From the NCBI GenBank assembly GCA_951406725.2, contig OX597819.1, forward strand, positions 11,594,001-11,658,000: 64,000 bases of DNA. The letters are read 5' to 3'. The translations under genes were made by a program, and so were the position numbers. Origin of the DNA: Octopus vulgaris (taxonomy: Eukaryota). Under the pieces are notes generated by a model. That model was not told where the DNA came from. It made no database searches and saw nothing but the letters and a program-made list of their open reading frames with translations. Below, piece by piece: positions 55,151 to 64,000 of this stretch (position 1 is the stretch's first letter; every line of letters starts with the position of its first letter).

Positions 55151-56004
55151 TATAGGCGCCTCCAACAAAAGCCTTGACAGCTGCGCAGAAACAAACAGGA
55201 AAGAAGAAAAAATGGGCAAGAGAAGAACATTTTGAAACAAAAACAAGAACGATGTTTCCGCAGTGTTTGATACGAATGAGAACAATTTTGACCAATCACT
55301 TAACAATAACAGCAACATTCAGCTTCGCAAATTTCGCATTTGATAAAGAACTTCTGAAAAACAAGTGTCTGGAAATGGGTCGAGGAGATCGCCTCTTGTC
55401 TCGGTCCCAGGAGCGAACGATACCGAAACCTGACTCTCGGCGATACTGTCTGATTAATTTGTGCCGGTGGCACAGGAGGGAGACTGCAGAGGAATGGTAG
55501 GTTGTTGCTGAGAGAAAGAAACTAGAACAAAGAAACAGAAGGTTGGTGAGGGACGATTCAGTTCAATGGAATGGCTTAAAGTTGATGGTCCTCAGATCGA
55601 ATGACATCAAGGCGTCAAAACTGAAGATGAAAATGTGCCGTCTGAGGAGGAAGGGATGGAGCCGAAGTACATTGAAGAGGCAAACAGTAGAGAAGTCATA
55701 TTAATAATTTACCGAAGAAGAATTCAACAGAAACACCCAAATGATGTTAGAACCTTTTGTTTTGTTTTTTTAAATGGCCAACACAAAATATATTTACGGG
55801 TGCCTTTGGGTGGACCTGTTTTAAAGAAATGCAAGCAGGAATTCATTGTTTAAATCATATTTTGTTATAACTATTGTGTTTTATTTAAATATATATTTCT
55901 TCTTTTTCTTCTTCTTCTTCTTCTTCTTCTTCTTCTTCTTCTTCTTCTTCTTCTTCTTCTTCTTCTTCTTCTTCTTCTTTGTCTATTTCTTCTTCTTATC
56001 ATTA

Positions 56005-56954
<950 letters not shown>

Positions 56955-57671
56955 AGGGTTTTTTTATTAAACATAACGGGTCGACCAGAAGGTCATGGAC
57001 AATAGGATGTGGAATTATATGAGGAACGCATATACAAGAATATAAAAAATATTCAATACGAAAAAGATTGCCCCAAAAGAGTGAAACCTCTGTCCGCTTT
57101 AGGTGGTCAAACCAAGGCCATCTTGAAATCCGATACTTCACATATCCTGAACAGTCTTGCAAAAAGCTACTGTAAAACTGCACACATCGCCATTGTTCTT
57201 GAAATGGAACTGCACGAGTCATGACTTTGTTGCCACGTTACGCTTCTTCCACGTGAGTTCACCGAACTGCTTTTGTTCCTTCGTGTCTTGGAGACAAGGT
57301 ATCTTTCGTCTCTCGCGTTGAAGAACTGGTTGCTGGTTAATTTCACCCCAATTACGTCGATCTCGGTGCCTTTTCTAAACGCTTCTTCTAAGTTTCTAAC
57401 AAGGATTCCCTCTAATCTAGTTTTCTCCATCACACTTTCCTTATTAAACCTTATTGATGGTACGCTAATCGCTTAACTAATTCACTGGTCTGGCCTCAGT
57501 AAGGTTTGCGCGTCGGAAAAGAAGCATTCAGCTTCCAATAACCCGTTGCCGTCTTTTGAATCCTGAATGGGTGAACCGTAAACATCATAAATTTGCTGGC
57601 TGCTTTAATAACGAGTTCGAAATCTCAGCAACTTATACCTGGCTACTGTTGAAGAGAATACTCTAGAAACG

Positions 57672-58052
57672 GTGGAGGCGCAATGGCCCAGTGGTTAGGG
57701 CAGCGGACTCGCGGTCGTAGGATCGCGGTTTCGATTCCCAGACCGGGCGTTGTGAGTGTTTATTGAGCGAAAACACCTAAAAGCTCCACGAGGCTCCGGC
57801 AGGGGGTGGTGATCCCTGCTGTACTCTTTCACCACTCTTTCTCTCACTCTTACTTCCTGTTTCTGTTGTACCTGTATTTCAAAGGGCCGGCCTTGTCACT
57901 CTCTGTGTCACGCTGAATATCCCCGAGAACTACGTTAAGGGTGCACGTGTCTGTGGAGTGCTCAGCCACTTACACGTTAATTTCTCGAGCAGGCTGTTCC
58001 GTTGATCGGATCAACCGGAACCCTCGTCGTCGTAACCGACGGAGTGCTTCCA
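57672..58052 (+). mobile_element. SINE family A with 12-bp TSD actctagaaacg
   Basis: TSD at 57660-57671 and 58054-58065. Confidence 0.95.
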
Positions 58053-58456
58053 GACTCTAGAAACGATGTGGAAGACTCGATGCGGTTTGTCATCGTCTGC
58101 ATAGACTCATTCGAAAAATAGGCCCTGGTGGACATTTTGCCAGCAGATACTGGAACTTTTTAAGCATTTTAGTGATGCTTATGCGCCGGCCTATTCCATC
58201 GACAGCTCCACACAGTTCCTCCTGTTCACTCAAAATGCTGTTCTAATCTTCCACAAGCACTAAAGAGTCGAACGTACCTAGGAAGGGTTTTAGAAGACTT
58301 CGAAAGTCTAGTAGCCCTGCTCTTGTCCGGGCGTAAACGGCTGTCGGAAGATACAGCTTTCGGCGGGGATCGTCACATTCAGTACCACCGGCATAGTCTT
58401 TGTTCTTTACTTTTGTTAAGCTGACCAAGACTCCGGCCGTTTCAATTTTCGATAAC

Positions 58457-59080
58457 CGAGTTGGAAGAATAGTTAGAACATTCAGTCAAAATGCTTAGCG
58501 TCATTTCGCTCGTTTTTATGTTCTGGGTTCAAATGCCGTAGAGGTCGATTTTGCCTTTCATCCTTTCGGGGTCGATAAATTAAGTACCAGTTGAGTACTG
58601 GGGTCGATGTAATCGATTAGTCTTCTTCCAATAAATTTCAGGCTCTGTGCCTAGAGTAGAAAGGATTATTATTATCATTAGGGATGCGAGCTAGCAGAAT
58701 TAGCACGACGGACGAAATGCTCAGCGGTATTTCGACTGCTGCTACGTTCTGAGTTCAAATTCCACCGAGGTCGACTTTGCCTTTCATCCTTTCGGGGTCG
58801 ATTAAATAAGTACCAGTTACGCATTGGGGTCGATATAATCGATTTAATCCGTTTGTCTGTCCTTGTTTGTCCTCACTGTGTTTAACCCTTGTGGGTAGTA
58901 AAGAAATAGGTACTTCGTCTGCCGTTACGTTCTGAGTTCAAATTCTGCCGAGGTCGACTTTGCCTTTCATCCTTTTGGTTGTCGATAAATTAAGTACCAG
59001 TTACGCACTGGGGTCGATCTAATCGACTATCCCCTTCCCCAAAGAAATTTTCATGGCAATGTGCCTAGAGTAGAAATAAT
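58457..59080 (+). mobile_element. Cluster of SINE family C copies and modules
   Basis: Three repeats of the gcctttcatccttt..agtaccag core. Confidence 0.85.
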
Positions 59081-59631
59081 AATTGGTATTATCATTATTA
59101 TTGTTATCTGACATAGTCAACGGCTTGTTTGAGTAGGGAATGAACTGTGAACTCTTTTACTAAACCACCATAAATTTGAGGCCTGACAAGTGAAAAAATT
59201 CAGCACAATTTCCCTCACTATCACCTCTACTACTACCATCACTACCAACAACAAGAACATCAGCAACAGTAACACCATGAAACAAGCAGACGACAAGGAC
59301 AATGAGAAAGAAATTAAATAAAAGGGTGGGGGGAAAGAAAGAAATAGGCCAGAAGCGGAGGGGGAGTGAATGAAAGAAGAAAACAAAAGGAAAAAAACGA
59401 AGGAATTCTAAAATCTGAAATAAATTTCTTTACGAAAGAAAAACAAGGAAAAAATAGAGAAAGACGAGAAAAGAAATTTGAACAATATGAAATAAAAAAA
59501 AAAAACGAAAACTTAGTAGAAATAATTAACGACAACAAAAACAACATTTCTATAGATATAGACATATATATAATACATATAGTTATATATATGTACGAAT
59601 GCATACATGTGTATGTATGTGTATATATATT

Positions 59632-59701
<70 letters not shown>

Positions 59702-59781
59702 CATACTTGGAAATGGATGCGTCGTGTTCAATTAAATAATAAATAATATAATATATATGCATGCATATATGGGTACAGGAT

Positions 59782-59979
59782 AAGGCGGCGAGCTGGCAGA
59801 AACGTTAGCACGCCGGGCGAAATGCGTTACGTTCTGAGTTCAAATTCCGCCGAAGTCGACTTTGCCTTTCGATAAATTAAGTACCAGTTGCGCACTGGGG
59901 TCGATGTAATCGATTTAATCCGTTTGTCTGTCCTTGTTTGTCCTCTCTGTGTTTAGCCCCTTGTGGGTAATAAAGAAAT
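59782..59979 (+). mobile_element. Internally deleted SINE family C with 17-bp TSD
   Basis: atatatgggtacaggat at 59765-59781 and 59980-59996. Confidence 0.9.
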
Positions 59980-60495
59980 ATATATGGGTACAGGATGACA
60001 CCAACGGTGCAAATAACATGAAATACGTAGACAACGAGAGAAAATGGAAAACAGGACAAGTTACCACAGAGAAAGGACCCTTCATCAGTTGTCGGTTGTC
60101 TACCTGCTCCTCATTTCGAGCATTCAACGACAATATGAGACGTCAAAGACAGTTGCTCCCATAAATTCTAACATAAAATTTTGGATTTATGGAGGGTCAA
60201 AGTTGGGAACAAAAAAAAAAAGACAGTGAAGACACACAAGGAAACCGAATGGAAGCAAACATGGAGGATCGTTAGACCAGAACGAGAGGAAAATAGTGAA
60301 TGCTGGGAGGGGGAGCAAATGTATTTGAAGATTCATATTGTCGTTGAATGCTCGAAATGAGGAGCAGGTAGACAGCCGACACCTAATGAGAGGTCCTTTC
60401 TCTGTGTTAACTTGTCCTGTTTTCCATTTTTTTCTCGTTGTTTTCATATTTCATGTTATTTGCGCCGTTGGTTGACGTCTTGTACTGATATATGC
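59980..60495. repeat. Fold-back element with ~160-bp arms
   Basis: 59980-60138 versus 60333-60495, with scattered mismatches. Confidence 0.85.
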
Positions 60496-60503
60496 ATGTG
60501 TGC

Positions 60504-60552
<49 letters not shown>

Positions 60553-60649
60553 TAAAAACGGTAAGATAACAAAAGAAAGAAAGAGACCTCAATATTATGT
60601 AAATAGAGGAAATTTATCTATAAAATATGTTACAATTACTCAATAGTCA

Positions 60650-60712
60650 AGATAAAACTCTGAGTTTCAGATGCCGAAGTGGAAATCCACAACACCATCT
60701 CTTCGGTTATCT
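60650..60712 (-). ncRNA. Type I hammerhead motif
   Basis: agataa-CCGAAGA-gatg...catc(t)-GAAA-ctcagag-TT-ttatct: 6-bp stem I and self-complementary stem III. Confidence 0.7.
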
Positions 60713-61041
60713 GACCATCTGAAAAAACGCTATGAAAAAAGTACGGTTATATAAAGGGAAATTACTGTGTTATAATTCTGCTACTTATATAAAATAAGAT
60801 TAAAATTTCATAGTCTAGTCATACGCTCACATGTGCGCTCGCGGACCCACGTGCGTACTTATACGTCACTATGAAAATGTACACATCTTCACTCGCATTT
60901 TTCGCCAAATATATACACATATATATACAAACTCACACACACACACATGCGTACCGTAATATAATGTATTATATTATATTATATTATATTATATTGTATT
61001 ATATTATATTATATTATATTATATTATATATTATTTATTAT

Positions 61042-61070
<29 letters not shown>

Positions 61071-61074
<4 letters not shown>

Positions 61075-62104
61075 GTGCGGTGAATAAGTTGTCGTCTAAA
61101 TTACGCAAAAAAATAATAATACTGACATCTCATTTTAACATATATTTACCAAAATTACATAAAAATATCTTGAAATACTAAAGAGTAAATTTATTCACTA
61201 AAATCATTGGCTTCAACCACAGCTTCCAGGCGACTTCGGAATCTCCACCAACTCTTCTGGACTGTCTCCTTATTTAAGTTGGTCAATGCTGCCATAATCC
61301 TTGCCTTCAGTTCATTTTTGGTGTTACAAGGAATCGGTCTCTCGCTCAGCTGTGCTCTACACATAATAATCAAGGGGATTGCAGTGTGAGGACCAGGTGG
61401 TTAGACGTTAGGGGTGACGTGGTTTCAGAAATTGTCTGACAGCCATGACTGGGTTCTCCTGCTTGTGTGACATGGTGCAGAGTCCTGTTGCCAGACATAA
61501 CGTCTTCCAGCAGCCACCCGCTTGACCTAGGGCCGCACTAGCCCCTCCAGGTACTTGATGTAGTTCACCGTGTTGAGTCTGAGGCCGTGTGGGAAGATGA
61601 ATGGAGGAATAACGTCGCCATCACTAGTGATCACTCTAAACACCATTATGCTGACTGGATGTTCCATTTTTATCACTCTCGGTACATGTTTTGGGGACAC
61701 AGTAAGCCAACTGTTGTTCTGTGTGTACACCATTTGATCCTGACAGAAATTTTCTTCGTCTGAGAAAAGCCAAAATATGTTCGGTTGGAAAGGATTCTTG
61801 AGTTTGTTCAAAAGCTTCATCACGTGGTCTTTTCTCTAACCATTGATGGCTAGGAATAAAAATTGGTCCTTTCTCATCTTGAAAAAGGAATACCAAATGT
61901 CTTCATGCATTACCTGCCTGATAAGAAACTCTAACACTCCCATATCCCTATCGATGAACCTGATTGACTTGGAGGGATCGTTGTCAATCATGGTCTGGAA
62001 AGCAACAGCAAATTCAGGAGTTCTTTTCTTATCAGAACACTCAGAATGAGTTTTTGGGGCTGCTGTACCTTCGTAATCACCTTTAGACTCATCCAACTCT
62101 TTCC
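61071..62104 (-). mobile_element. Tc1/mariner-superfamily (DD37D, maT-type) transposase remnant with one TIR end
   Basis: FSDE, VWQQDSAPCH and CNPLDY motifs, FRSRLEAVVEA C-terminus; stops and frameshifts; CAGGGTG terminus at 61071. Confidence 0.85.
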
Positions 62105-62404
62105 TACACATATATGTATAAATACATGCATATATAGATAGATGTAAAACTATATATATAGATGTAAAACTAGAACATAAACAAATAAAAACGTGGAAAA
62201 CGAATATTTTTTTCGAACAACGAAAGAAACAAATAGGGAAACGAGGCAGGCAACATAAAGAACATTCCCTTCGTCAGTTGTCCCCTATGTTATCTACTCC
62301 GCGTTACGAAGGTTGGGACAAGACGCGACTTCGTTAAAACAGTCGTTCCCGCAAAGCAAATTAAATAAAATTTGGGATTTTTGCGGAGGGTTAAAAACAT
62401 AGAT

Positions 62405-62565
<161 letters not shown>

Positions 62566-62605
62566 TTTGTTACACACACACTCTCACACACACACACACA
62601 CACAC

Positions 62606-62676
<71 letters not shown>

Positions 62677-62970
62677 GCATATCCTGTACAGTATTATATT
62701 ATATATATTGTATTATATATATATTCTTTGCAATATCTTGCTATTATATACCAACAATTACAACAGGAAACATATTGTGCTGTATTATTACACGTATTTT
62801 CTTTCTTTCTTTCTCTCTCTCTTTCTCCCTCTTTCTCTCTTTCTCCTTCTTTCTCTCTCACCACCACCACCACCACTACAACTGTTTCCACTTTAATTGA
62901 GGTAAGAACGAAATCTACAAAATATAACAACAATGTACGAATTTATATATATATATATATAATATTATAT

Positions 62971-63091
<121 letters not shown>

Positions 63092-63604
63092 CATTCGACA
63101 GCTCGTGAATGAATTGTTCCCATAATTCTTTATCTTTTTTCAGACTGTCTTTTTGTGCAAAGTGTCAGAAGAGCGCAACGAAATATAAAAGAAAGACCGG
63201 AAGCGTTAGTCGATGTTTTGTTCGATTTCTCGTGTAAAAGTAATCAAACAAGTTGAAGCGTTCACATTCTCATTGCATCGGACTGTGATTGTGATTGTAC
63301 TACAGAGCACAATCTGTTTCAATGGCGATCGTTTCCTGTCCCACAGTTGAATTCATAGTATTAGAGGTGACAGAGTTGCGGGGGCGCATTGTGCATGTGC
63401 ACTAGCGAGATAATCGCAATGTCTGTCTTCGACGTTTACGTGTTCAGATCTTTAATTCGAATGGATGAGTATACGCATACACATATGTGTGTCCGTGTGC
63501 GTATATAAATATACGTTATGTTTGTGTATTAATATATGTATATACATATATACATACATACTCACATATTTTTGCTTCTACGTACATAAACGTGAGTATA
63601 TATA

Positions 63605-63832
63605 TATTTCTTTACTACCCACAAGGGGCTAAACACAGAGGGGAGAAACAAGGACAGACAAAGGGATTAAGTCGATTCCATTGACCCCAGTGCGTAACTG
63701 GTACTTAATTTATCGACCCCGAAAGGATGAAAGCAAAGTCGACCTCGGCGGAATTTGAACTCAGAACGTAACGGCAGACGAAATACGGCTACGCATTTCG
63801 CCCGGCGTGCTAACGTTTCTACCAGCTCGCCT
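63605..63832 (-). mobile_element. SINE family C
   Basis: Full family motifs. Confidence 0.9.
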
Positions 63833-64000
63833 TATATATATAAAGTATATATAAATATAGTATATATAAAAACATGCATACATATACATGAGTATATATA
63901 AATACATGGATACATATAGGTATGTAAGAGAAAGTGTCAGTGAGAGATATGTATGCTTATGTGTGTTCGATTAGAAGTTGTGTTAACCTCATGAAGAGAT

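Noticed and set aside
55174-55500. KKKWAREE motif as the N-terminus of the neighbouring Dong-like ORF
   Set aside because: Only a short resemblance, and on the opposite strand to the 56104-56866 element.

Overview
Eukaryotic, AT-rich, repeat-saturated DNA. The SINE families, microsatellite load and retroelement mix point to a coleoid cephalopod, most likely Octopus; this is recognition, not a database result. I cannot support any host protein-coding gene, and almost all ORFs in the track are translations of (TA)n, (AAT)n, (CA)n, (GATA)n or (GGT)n tracts. Real content: (1) three abundant tRNA-headed SINE families, many with target-site duplications (TSDs); (2) five non-autonomous Helitrons (5'-TC...hairpin-CTAG-3'); (3) 3' fragments of CR1-like, RTE, Tx1/L1 and Dong/R4-type LINEs; (4) a DD37D (maT-type) transposase remnant; (5) a long-TIR DNA element with nested insertions; (6) two different Penelope-like (PLE) GIY-YIG 3' fragments, one present twice as a spacer-less ~2.7-2.9 kb palindrome. 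The most interesting signal is a dispersed set of about ten minimal type I hammerhead-ribozyme motifs (CUGANGA / stem II / GAAA / palindromic loop / UH). They sit in short modules embedded mostly in (TA)n, and several of the modules form fold-backs with their 3' ends pointing outward. One module couples a tRNA-like Pol III head and a microsatellite spacer to a hammerhead (37320-38106, head-to-head pair), a candidate ribozyme-bearing SINE/retrozyme that may be mobilised by Penelope-like elements.
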